Below, one piece after another: positions 14,610-22,050 of a stretch of DNA of 25,062 nt. A program made the translations under genes and the position numbers. Every line of letters begins with the position of its first letter. The stretch's first letter is position 1. Source of the DNA: an uncultured archaeon. Its GTDB lineage: Archaea; Iainarchaeota; Iainarchaeia; Iainarchaeales; CSSED10-239. The DNA lies in assembly GCA_964468895.1 (NCBI GenBank), contig CAYXWT010000007.1:1-25062 (forward strand). Reading direction: 5' to 3'. A model generated the notes under the pieces. The model did not search any database, was not told where the DNA came from, and was given only the letters and a program-made list of their open reading frames with translations.

Positions 14610-15431
14610 TTATTTTTTTAAGTTGTTTTGTTTATATTGTTCTAATTTATTATTTAGTTTTTTTAATAATTCTGGATATATTTCAGTTTTATTAAAATCA
14701 GATTTAAGAGCTATGCTTATTTTAGCAGCTATTGTTCTTGCAAATCTACCTTTGTTTCTTTTACTTAAACTTTGCATACTTGGATGATTATAAAGTACAC
14801 CATATTTTGGTGTGTTTTTGTGAGTTTTTAAAGCTTTAAAAAAAGATTTTTCACTACCTAGTAATTGAATAGTAGAAGCTGGCATGCTTACAAGTCTTTT
14901 AAAAGAACCAGCAATTTCTAGCATTTTACTTGCAATTTTTATGTTTGTTAATTTATAAAAATTAATATAATTTTCTAAAAACAGTTTTTCTAATATGTTT
15001 TCTAAATTATCTTTTAATTTTATTAAATTTAATATGTTTGTACACATTTCTTCTATTATATTTTTATAATCTGTATCAATTTCAATACCAATATCTTCTA
15101 GAATTATTTGTTTTATGTGTTTTAAATTATCATTAGTAATACTTAAACTTTCTAGTTCTTCAAAATTACTTTTACTAATTTTGTTATTTATATCTAGTAA
15201 GCAAATTTCACAATGTTGTTTAATTGTTGTGTATTGATCTAGAGTTGGTAATCTTAAATCTGCAATTATTCTTAATTGTTCTGAAAGTTCATTAATATTT
15301 TTAGGAATTTTATCTACAATTAAAGAAATATTAATTATTTTCTGATCTGCTTTTTCAAGTTTTTCTTTAATATTTATTTTTGTTTTATTAAAGAATTTTT
15401 CTGAATCTAAATTAATGGTCATAATCTTCAT
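14610..15431 (-). CDS. nop5: Nop5 (Nop56/58) C/D box sRNP core protein, apparently lacking the N-terminal domain
   Basis: The Nop domain is ASTIQLLGSEKSFFKALKTHKNTPKYGVLYNHPSMQ...NKGRFARTIAAKISIALKSD. The coiled-coil entry INELSEQLRIIADLRLPTL starts at about aa 45. Total length is only 273 aa. Confidence 0.85.
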   Translation of the reverse strand: MKIMTINLDSEKFFNKTKINIKEKLEKADQKIINISLIVDKIPKNINELSEQLRIIADLRLPTLDQYTTIKQHCEICLLDINNKISKSNFEELESLSITNDNLKHIKQIILEDIGIEIDTDYKNIIEEMCTNILNLIKLKDNLENILEKLFLENYINFYKLTNIKIASKMLEIAGSFKRLVSMPASTIQLLGSEKSFFKALKTHKNTPKYGVLYNHPSMQSLSKRNKGRFARTIAAKISIALKSDFNKTEIYPELLKKLNNKLEQYKQNNLKK

Positions 15432-15526
15432 ATTTTATTTTTTTTTTAAAACGATATTTATATAAATTATTATCTGTTTATATATATATTATAACTAATT
15501 AGCTTTTAAATAAATATTGAATTATT

Positions 15527-16510
15527 ATGGTTTCTATATTTGAGTCTTTAAAAAATATTTTTCATAAAAACAATGAAAAAAGATTAAAAAAGCAAAATGA
15601 AGAGCATGCTCTTTTAAAGGAAATAATTGAAGAACCAAGAATTATTCCGAATACTAATTCTCAAATTTTAAAGAAAGAAGAACGTTCTTTAGTTAAAGAG
15701 GATATTAATATACCTGTAGTTGAGAATAATTTTTTAATTAAAGAAGATATTAATACACCTGTAATTGAAAATAATTCTTTAGTTATAGAAGATATAAATG
15801 AGCCAGTGGTTATACCACAACATGCTGTTGAAAATAAATCTGATATGTTAGAATTTGAAAATTCAAATTCTGAAAAAATTGATTATCAATCAATTTATAA
15901 AAAACATGTTCAAAATATAAAACCTATTTCTAAATCTTATTCTTCTGATAATAAATCTCATGATAGTTTATATTCTGATAATTCTAAAGATTATGAAATT
16001 ATTAAGCCAAAACCTAAGGTTGAAGTTGATACTAAAACAGATGAATTTTTAGATATTAAAGATAATACTTCTGATAAAATAGATGATACTGAAGAAAATA
16101 ATCCTTTACCTGTAAGTGAATTAAAAACAAATTTAGAAACAGATAAAAATGAATCTTTTCAAAATGCTCCCATTTCTGAAAAAGTTGAAAAGTATTATGA
16201 TAAATATGAAGCTATAGAAAAAAAGATTGAAAAAGAAAAACCTGAAGAATTTAAAAAATTTAGTTCTTTCTTTTCTGAAAAAAGCTTAGAAAAAGATATT
16301 CCTAAATCTGGTTTAAATAGATTTAAGAATCATAATACTGAAAAATCAAATTCTAATTTTGAATTTTTAAATAGTCATAAGAAAGTAAATTCTAAAGATG
16401 AATTAAAAGATACTGAAAAACAGGATAAAATAAAATTTACAGCTCCACTTAAATCAGATGTTGAAGATGGTGGAGACATTCTTAAAAAACTAAAAAAATT
16501 TAATGTGTAG
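15527..16510 (+). CDS. Acidic/lysine-rich low-complexity protein of unknown function
   Basis: 327-aa ORF rich in E/K/N/S/D, with no TM helix or catalytic motif. It contains three tandem 15-aa repeats. It is divergent from nop5. Confidence 0.5.
   Translation: MVSIFESLKNIFHKNNEKRLKKQNEEHALLKEIIEEPRIIPNTNSQILKKEERSLVKEDINIPVVENNFLIKEDINTPVIENNSLVIEDINEPVVIPQHAVENKSDMLEFENSNSEKIDYQSIYKKHVQNIKPISKSYSSDNKSHDSLYSDNSKDYEIIKPKPKVEVDTKTDEFLDIKDNTSDKIDDTEENNPLPVSELKTNLETDKNESFQNAPISEKVEKYYDKYEAIEKKIEKEKPEEFKKFSSFFSEKSLEKDIPKSGLNRFKNHNTEKSNSNFEFLNSHKKVNSKDELKDTEKQDKIKFTAPLKSDVEDGGDILKKLKKFNV
15689..15823 (+). repeat. 45-nt tandem repeat x3 (coding: LVKEDINIPVVENNF / LIKEDINTPVIENNS / LVIEDINEPVVIPQH)
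   Basis: Read directly from the sequence. The copies are imperfect and in frame. Confidence 0.85.
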
Positions 16511-16513
16511 AAA

Positions 16514-16777
16514 TTATTTAATTTCTACTTTTTGACTTATTGCTTCACCTGGAAGTCCTTTTTCAAATCTTGCTCTTAAAACACCTTTATTACCATGAGT
16601 ATGTATTATTTTACCTTTAATTTCTTTATTTGAGCTTGTTTTGAAAGTTACTGTTTTACCAAGTAATTCACTAACTTTTTCTTTACTATTATATTTGTCA
16701 TCATCTACTTCAATTAAATATTGATAATTATGTTGAGTACGAACTCCTCTTCTATAATTTATTATTGTTGCATTCAT
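16514..16777 (-). CDS. rpl35ae: 50S ribosomal protein L35Ae (eL33)
   Basis: ATIINYRRGVRTQHNYQYLIEV...GKTVTFKT...GKIIHTHGNKGVLRARFEKGLPG. The track ORF starts at 16789 (MVKLM...). The second ATG at 16777 is preceded by GGTGA plus a 5-nt spacer and lies about 22 nt from a TATA-like ttatataaaa, so I prefer it. Confidence 0.85.
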   Translation of the reverse strand: MNATIINYRRGVRTQHNYQYLIEVDDDKYNSKEKVSELLGKTVTFKTSSNKEIKGKIIHTHGNKGVLRARFEKGLPGEAISQKVEIK

Positions 16778-16961
16778 CAATTTCACCATTTCTTTTTATA
16801 TAATGTTTAATAAATATTTAGTTTATCTTAAATAAGTTTTTAAAAATAGCACTAAATGTTATATATTATTTATATAGAAAATCTTTTAAAGGCTTATTTT
16901 TAAGAAACATATTATTTTGTTAGTAATAGTGTTTTTATTGGCTTTGTTTTATAATAATATT

Positions 16962-17642
16962 ATGTCTAGTTTATCTAATAATGATTTAGTTTCTGGTATT
17001 GATGAAGCAGGTAGAGGTTGTGTGTTAGGACCAATGGTTATAAGCATATGTACAATCTATCAGAAAGATGAATCCTTTTTTAGAGAAATTGGTGTTAAAG
17101 ATTCTAAATTATTACGTCCTGCTAAAAGGGAACAATTATTTAAAATAATTTGCGAAAAAGCAAAAGAATATAGAATAATTGTTATTCCTGCTCAAGAAAT
17201 AAATGTTTTAATGAATGCATTTTCTTTAAATGTTATAGAAACTCAAAAATTTGGAGATTTAATAAATTCTCTTAAAAATATACCTAAAAATATTATAATT
17301 GATGCACCTGAAAAAAACACAGAATCTTTTAAAGTTAAATTAAATAAATATATTACTAATGAAAATATAAAACCATTAATAATTGCAGAAAATAAAGCTG
17401 ACTTAAATTATATAGTTGTGGGTTGTGCTTCTATTCTTGCAAAGGTTACTAGGGATAGATTACTTAAAGATATAGTGAAATGTAGTATTTCTGGTTATCC
17501 TGCTGATCCTAAAACAATTACTTATATTAAAGAATATTTTTTAAAAAATAAAAAGTTACCAGCTTGTACTAGAACTAAATGGAAAACTATTGATAATATT
17601 TTTAAAGATTTATATCAAAAAAAGATAGGTTGTTTTAAATGA
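16962..17642 (+). CDS. rnhB: Ribonuclease HII
   Basis: SGIDEAGRGCVLGPMVI (catalytic D-E), ASILAKVTRD and GYPADP. The track ORF begins at a TTG at 16917 and adds a hydrophobic 15-aa extension. The first ATG (MSSLSNNDLVSGIDEAGRG) at 16962 gives the canonical N-terminus. Confidence 0.9.
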   Translation: MSSLSNNDLVSGIDEAGRGCVLGPMVISICTIYQKDESFFREIGVKDSKLLRPAKREQLFKIICEKAKEYRIIVIPAQEINVLMNAFSLNVIETQKFGDLINSLKNIPKNIIIDAPEKNTESFKVKLNKYITNENIKPLIIAENKADLNYIVVGCASILAKVTRDRLLKDIVKCSISGYPADPKTITYIKEYFLKNKKLPACTRTKWKTIDNIFKDLYQKKIGCFK

Positions 17643-18055
17643 GTAAATATAATATAAATGATTCTATAGAATTTGGAACTAAAGATATAGATAAGATTAT
17701 AGAAAAAGTAATTGATAAATATATCTTTGAACAGAATGTAGATTTAAAAAAACCTCTTTCTTTAAATGTACAATTTTCTAAAGAAGACAATGAGGTAGAA
17801 ATTACAGATGATTTTGAAACATTTTTAGAAGTAGGTTCTGAAATTATTATTACTATGTATACGCCTTATAATTTAAATAAATTAAGATTTAATATAATTT
17901 CTGAAAATAAAATTATAATTAGAAATTATGATTATTCTTATTATAAGCAATTTTGGTTTTCAATACCTATTATTAAAGAAAGTATTGTCCCAACTTTTAG
18001 AAATAATATTTTAGAATTTAGATTTACTAAAAAAAGTGGTCCTAAGCAGATTTGA
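17639..18055 (+). CDS. Small protein, possibly divergent alpha-crystallin/Hsp20-like domain
   Basis: It shares an ATGA start/stop overlap with rnhB. SEIIITMYTPYNLNKLRFNIISENKIIIR and YKQFWFSIPIIKESIVPTFRNNILEFRFTKK resemble the y.i..dlPG..kedi.v.v....L.I and f.R.f.LP..vd...i.A.f.nGvL.i.lpK strands of ACDs. The last 19 nt overlap tRNA-Val antisense. Confidence 0.35.
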   Translation: MSKYNINDSIEFGTKDIDKIIEKVIDKYIFEQNVDLKKPLSLNVQFSKEDNEVEITDDFETFLEVGSEIIITMYTPYNLNKLRFNIISENKIIIRNYDYSYYKQFWFSIPIIKESIVPTFRNNILEFRFTKKSGPKQI

Positions 18056-18109
18056 ACTGCTGATTTCTACCATGTCAAGGTAGCGTCATAACCACTAGAC
18101 CATAGGACC
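18037..18109 (-). tRNA. tRNA-Val (anticodon GAC)
   Basis: The reverse complement folds as GGTCCTA-TG-GTCT-AGTGGTTA-TGAC-G-CTACC-TTGACAT-GGTAG-AAATC-AGCAG-TTCAAAT-CTGCT-TAGGACC-A. All stems pair except 13-22. No CCA is encoded. Confidence 0.9.
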
Positions 18110-18293
18110 TGTTTTGTAAAACTATATATTTTCTTTACAAAATCATTAAAAATGTGACTATTTTATTAAAAAAAGCCTAGTTTAAGCTTTTTAGAACATC
18201 TTATATATAAACTTTACTATTCTATAAATAGTATATTTAGTATAAAATTTTATATTAATATTTTTAAAAAAATTTATAAATTGGTGTTAAATT

Positions 18294-18902
18294 ATGACTA
18301 CAGCATTAAAATATATTAAACAAACAATACAAAAAGAATTTCAAAAAAAGAAAGATGATAATTATGATTATAAAAAATTATATTCTGAGAAGTTAATTAA
18401 ATTTAGACATCTTAAAGATGCAGTAACTAAAATTGAAAAACCTTCTAATATACCAAGAGCAAGATCATTAGGTTATAAAGCAAAACAAGGTTTTATAGTT
18501 GTGTTAGTAAAAGTAAGAAAAGGTTCAGGATTAGTTAGAAGACCAAATAGAGGAAGAAGACCTAAAAGAATGGGTGTTAATAAAATTACTAGAAGAATTT
18601 CTATTCAAAGAATGGCTGAAAATAAAGCTGATAGAAAATTTGCTAATTTAGAAGTATTAAATTCTTATTTAGTTGGTGAAGATGGTCAAAAGAAATATTA
18701 TGAAGTAATTTTAGTTGATTCAAGTCATCCTGCAATTATTAGTGATATGACTATTAATTGGATTTGTGATAAAACACATAAAGGAAGAGCTCAAAGAGGA
18801 AAAACTAGTGCTGGACAAAAGAATAGAGGTATTCAAAAGAAAGGTAATGGTAATGAGAAAAACACACCATCTTTAAGAGCAAATAATAGAAAAGCAAAGT
18901 AA
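18294..18902 (+). CDS. rpl15e: 50S ribosomal protein L15e (eL15)
   Basis: [50 protein letters not shown]...[12 protein letters not shown] lies upstream of the ATG. Confidence 0.95.
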   Translation: MTTALKYIKQTIQKEFQKKKDDNYDYKKLYSEKLIKFRHLKDAVTKIEKPSNIPRARSLGYKAKQGFIVVLVKVRKGSGLVRRPNRGRRPKRMGVNKITRRISIQRMAENKADRKFANLEVLNSYLVGEDGQKKYYEVILVDSSHPAIISDMTINWICDKTHKGRAQRGKTSAGQKNRGIQKKGNGNEKNTPSLRANNRKAK

Positions 18903-19009
18903 ATTTAATTATTTAAATTTACTTATTATTTTTTATATATTTTCCTTAAAAATATATATATCTAAATTTAGAATATTTTTTCTAAATTAAAAAATGATGG
19001 TAAAAAATT

Positions 19010-19255
19010 ATGTTTTTAGTAGGAACTTTTGAAGATGCACTTTGGTTAATATTATTAATTTTCTTTGCTGTATCTATTTATGTGTGGAGTAAAAGCAAAA
19101 TTGCAAATAAAACAGTTTCCGTTTTAATAACTATTTTTATAGTATATTTATTATTTTTTAGATTTAAAGGTTTAGTGTGGTTAGTTGCTATAGGTGTTAT
19201 AGTTTATTGGATTTATGGTAAAGATTTAAAACACATGTTTTATTCTAAAAAATAA
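19010..19255 (+). CDS. Small integral membrane protein (about 3 TM), unknown function
   Basis: 81 aa with hydrophobic segments ALWLILLIFFAVSIYVW, VSVLITIFIVYLLFF and GLVWLVAIGVIVYWIYG. A GATGGT SD-like motif lies upstream. Confidence 0.5.
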   Translation: MFLVGTFEDALWLILLIFFAVSIYVWSKSKIANKTVSVLITIFIVYLLFFRFKGLVWLVAIGVIVYWIYGKDLKHMFYSKK

Positions 19256-19290
19256 TTAATTTTTAAAAAAGGATATATATTGGTGAAAAA

Positions 19291-19605
19291 TTGGAATTAA
19301 TAAATTTTATACTTTTAATTTTTGTAATAATTTTGACTTCTCAATATAATCTTCATTTTTTATCTGTAATATGTATTTTAATATATTCTTTATTTGAAAC
19401 TTCTTTTTATAATCTGTTTTTGATAATTATTTTCATTATAGTTTTGTATTTCACACATGCTTTTAGTTCTACTTACTTAATAGTTTGTATAATATTGGCA
19501 ATAATAATAATTATAGCAAGTTTAATAGGAAATCATAAATCACAATCTTCAGGTGGATCTGGAGGTATGGAAGATTTTGCAAAATTATTTGGTGGAGACC
19601 AATGA
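19291..19605 (+). CDS. Small integral membrane protein (3-4 TM) with G/S-rich C-terminal tail, TTG start
   Basis: GGTGA (19282-19286), a 4-nt spacer, then TTG. The body is hydrophobic and the tail is SQSSGGSGGMEDFAKLFGGDQ. No in-frame ATG occurs until near the C-terminus. Confidence 0.45.
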   Translation: MELINFILLIFVIILTSQYNLHFLSVICILIYSLFETSFYNLFLIIIFIIVLYFTHAFSSTYLIVCIILAIIIIIASLIGNHKSQSSGGSGGMEDFAKLFGGDQ

Positions 19606-19684
19606 TTTTTTAATTAAATATATTTTAAGTTACAGTCAAATAATAATATATTTAAATTTTGTTTTATAACTAGTTAGAAATAAT

Positions 19685-20221
19685 TTATAATTTATTTAAA
19701 ATATTTCTATTTTCTTCTAAAATATCTTTCATAATTTTAGTTAGTCCACCTATTTGAGCTTTAATATCTACTATTTGTTCTTGTAAGTTTTTGAGTTGTT
19801 CTTTAAGTTCTGAATTATCTATAGAATTATTAGTTGTTAAATTTATAGCTGCTTTTATTTCTTGATGTTTTTCATTTATATCATTTACTTCTTTACTTGT
19901 ATTTAATAAATCTTCTTGGTGTTTATCATTTTCTACTTCTTCTTTAATTTTATTACTGTCTTCTATTATTTTATCAACTTTTGGTTCTTCTTTTTTATTT
20001 TCTTCAATTTCTTTTTCTTGAGAAACTTCTTCTTTTATTTCTTTTTTCTTATCTTCTGTTGTAGAACTAGAATTATTTGTAATTTCTTTATAGTGTTTTT
20101 CAATTTCTCCTTCTTCAACACCAATATCTCTAAGTGTAGAAAATATTGTATCTTTATCTACATTTGCTTCTAATAATTCATTAATAGTATCTTTAATTAA
20201 TTGTACATCAACCATTTTCAC
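19685..20221 (-). CDS. Acidic coiled-coil protein with small N-terminal helical domain, unknown function
   Basis: 178 aa. The N-terminus is VDVQLIKDTINELLEANVDKDTIFSTLRDIGVEEGEIEKHY. An E/K-rich linker follows, then a C-terminal heptad region LKEQLKNLQEQIVDIKAQIGGLTKIMKDILEE. Confidence 0.5.
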   Translation of the reverse strand: MKMVDVQLIKDTINELLEANVDKDTIFSTLRDIGVEEGEIEKHYKEITNNSSSTTEDKKKEIKEEVSQEKEIEENKKEEPKVDKIIEDSNKIKEEVENDKHQEDLLNTSKEVNDINEKHQEIKAAINLTTNNSIDNSELKEQLKNLQEQIVDIKAQIGGLTKIMKDILEENRNILNKL

Positions 20222-20299
20222 ACCTTATTTTTATATAATTACTTTTCATTTTTAAAATTTTATAAATACTAATAGTAGTAAGTTTTTTTAAAGTAAACT

Positions 20300-20339
20300 A
20301 CAATATATATTAATAGGTTGATACTTATTAATATATTGT
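20300..20339. promoter_or_regulatory. Imperfect inverted repeat in the divergent intergenic region
   Basis: The arms are acaatatatattaata and tattaatatattgt, separated by ggttgatact. They are complementary apart from one extra 'at' in the left arm. The arms are AT-rich, so chance is a real possibility. Confidence 0.3.
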
Positions 20340-20393
20340 AAAAATATATTTTTGTAAACAATATTAAAAAACATTTATAATTAATGATAAATT

Positions 20394-21821
20394 ATGATTA
20401 CTTTAAATACTTGGAACACTTTATTTACTGGAAAGTACGGTACTCAAGAACTAACTATTCTTTATAGTGGTGACTACTTTGTTTCTTTTTTAAAATCTAG
20501 AGATCAAAATGATGTGTTGGTACAAGTATACAAAGTATTTGCTGTTATTGGAGATGTAGAAGTATTTTCAGAGACCCTTCCTCATCAGTGTATGGTTTAT
20601 GAAAAACATTATGGTATTGGTCCTAAAAATACATATAAGTTTTTAATATTAAATACTGAAACAGAATATATTGATAGTAATACTTTATCTTATCATGTTG
20701 ATAAAAAAATACAAGAACTAAATAAATTAACAGGTTCTATAATTTCAGTAATAAAATCTTATGATTTAAAATTAACTTCTTTAAAATTAATATCTTCAGA
20801 ATATAGAGATCACTTTTTTGCTGATCCTACAATAATTAAAGTATTAACTAATATGCCAAAAGGTGCTGAAATTTCAAGTATAACTACTATTGATAAATTA
20901 TTAATAGGTAAAAAAGATAATGTTACAGTTAATTCTACTCTTGAAAATTTAAGAAGTGTAGTTGTATTGGGTGGAGAATTAGATAGTAGATTATTTGCTG
21001 TAAAATTAGTTTCAGAAATTTATTTACTATCTTCGAAAACAATTATTATTTTTGATGATAGCGGTGTTTTTAAAAGTTTATCTTATCCTCAACTACAAGA
21101 AGATATTCTTCAAAAATATGATCCTACTTTAGGAGCTTTTGGTTTTCCTTCTAAATTTTTTGAATATTTTCAAAATCTAAATATCCCTTTAGGTTTAATT
21201 TCAAAATCTGCTTTTAATTATACTTTTAAATTAGTAGATGTTTCTGAAAAAATAATTAATAAAGTTTATGATTCTAAGCTTAATACTGTTGAAGAATTAA
21301 TTATTAAAATAAAAGATTTAAAAGTAGATGAGGAAATTACAGATTTTGAAAAACAAAGATTAATATCTAAATTATTATTAATTAATAAAAAATATAATGG
21401 TTGTTTTGGGAAAACAAATGTTGATAAATTATTTGAAAATAAATATAAACATCTTGGTTCTAGTAAAATTATTAAAATAAATAAAGAAGATCCATTATAT
21501 TGCTATTATATTTTTTCTATTTTAAAAGAAATTTCATTAAATGTTAATAATGATCTTTTAATTGTATTTCCAGAAAGTTCGGATTTGTTTAATAATGTGT
21601 TTGTTAATAAAGATATAATATCTTTATTGTGTGGAAATTCAAAACTAAATTTTATACTTTCCAGTGAATATATTTCAGATATAGGTAATTTAGATTTTGT
21701 AGATGTTAAAATAGAAATGATTGAGGATAATGATGCTGTTATTAAATATCCTACACGAGATCCATTGAGATTATTATTAAGACCAACACTTAGTAGTAGT
21801 AATATTAAATTAAGATATTAG
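20394..21821 (+). CDS. HerA/DUF87-like (FtsK-HerA superfamily) protein with degenerate Walker A and B motifs
   Basis: The layout matches HerA. At about aa 190, LRSVVVLGGELDSRLFAVKLVSEIYLLSSKTIIIFDDSGVFKSL aligns to l.rH..ilG.TGSGKS.....l.e.l......vvi.D.hGEY..l, with GGELDSR where GxxGSGKS should be. At about aa 388, LLIVFPESSDLF sits where l.vviEEAH.f (Walker B) should be. The C-terminal PLRLLLRPTLSS resembles the HerA tail. Confidence 0.45.
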   Translation: MITLNTWNTLFTGKYGTQELTILYSGDYFVSFLKSRDQNDVLVQVYKVFAVIGDVEVFSETLPHQCMVYEKHYGIGPKNTYKFLILNTETEYIDSNTLSYHVDKKIQELNKLTGSIISVIKSYDLKLTSLKLISSEYRDHFFADPTIIKVLTNMPKGAEISSITTIDKLLIGKKDNVTVNSTLENLRSVVVLGGELDSRLFAVKLVSEIYLLSSKTIIIFDDSGVFKSLSYPQLQEDILQKYDPTLGAFGFPSKFFEYFQNLNIPLGLISKSAFNYTFKLVDVSEKIINKVYDSKLNTVEELIIKIKDLKVDEEITDFEKQRLISKLLLINKKYNGCFGKTNVDKLFENKYKHLGSSKIIKINKEDPLYCYYIFSILKEISLNVNNDLLIVFPESSDLFNNVFVNKDIISLLCGNSKLNFILSSEYISDIGNLDFVDVKIEMIEDNDAVIKYPTRDPLRLLLRPTLSSSNIKLRY

Positions 21822-22050
21822 TCAACAAAAAAGCATTTTGTGAATTTTATTTAACAAAACCTGTATTAATGATACCTTTATATAGTAGTGAAACCATTAT
21901 GTTTATATAGGTTCCCTTCTTTTTAATATATAATACTTCCAGAAGAACTAACTTATTTTTGAAAATTAATTTGCTTTTTGAATTTATATAATTAAGAACA
22001 TATATGATGATAAACTCAAATTTTAATTTAAATATATAGGATGTGGTAAA

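Noticed and set aside
16917-16961. A 15-codon N-terminal extension of rnhB from a TTG start (MLVIVFLLALFYNNI).
   Set aside because: The canonical RNase HII N-terminus begins just before GIDEAGRG, and the first ATG at 16962 gives that. The extension is hydrophobic noise in the divergent promoter region.
19916-20173. Track ORF 19916..20173(+), F-rich 85 aa.
   Set aside because: It is the antisense of the E/K-rich coiled-coil gene (poly-GAA/AAA read backwards gives F/L runs) and is an artefact.
21398-21418. GCFGKT in the HerA-like protein as a possible Walker A.
   Set aside because: It lacks the [AG]xxxxGK[ST] spacing. It also falls at about aa 335, inside the region corresponding to the helical insert and long after the strand where HerA P-loops sit.
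21996-22012. A C-box-like ATGATGA upstream of tfb as a possible C/D box sRNA.
   Set aside because: No CTGA D or D' box lies within the following ~70 nt, and there are no terminal complementary ends. It is likely a chance occurrence or part of the tfb promoter/5' region.
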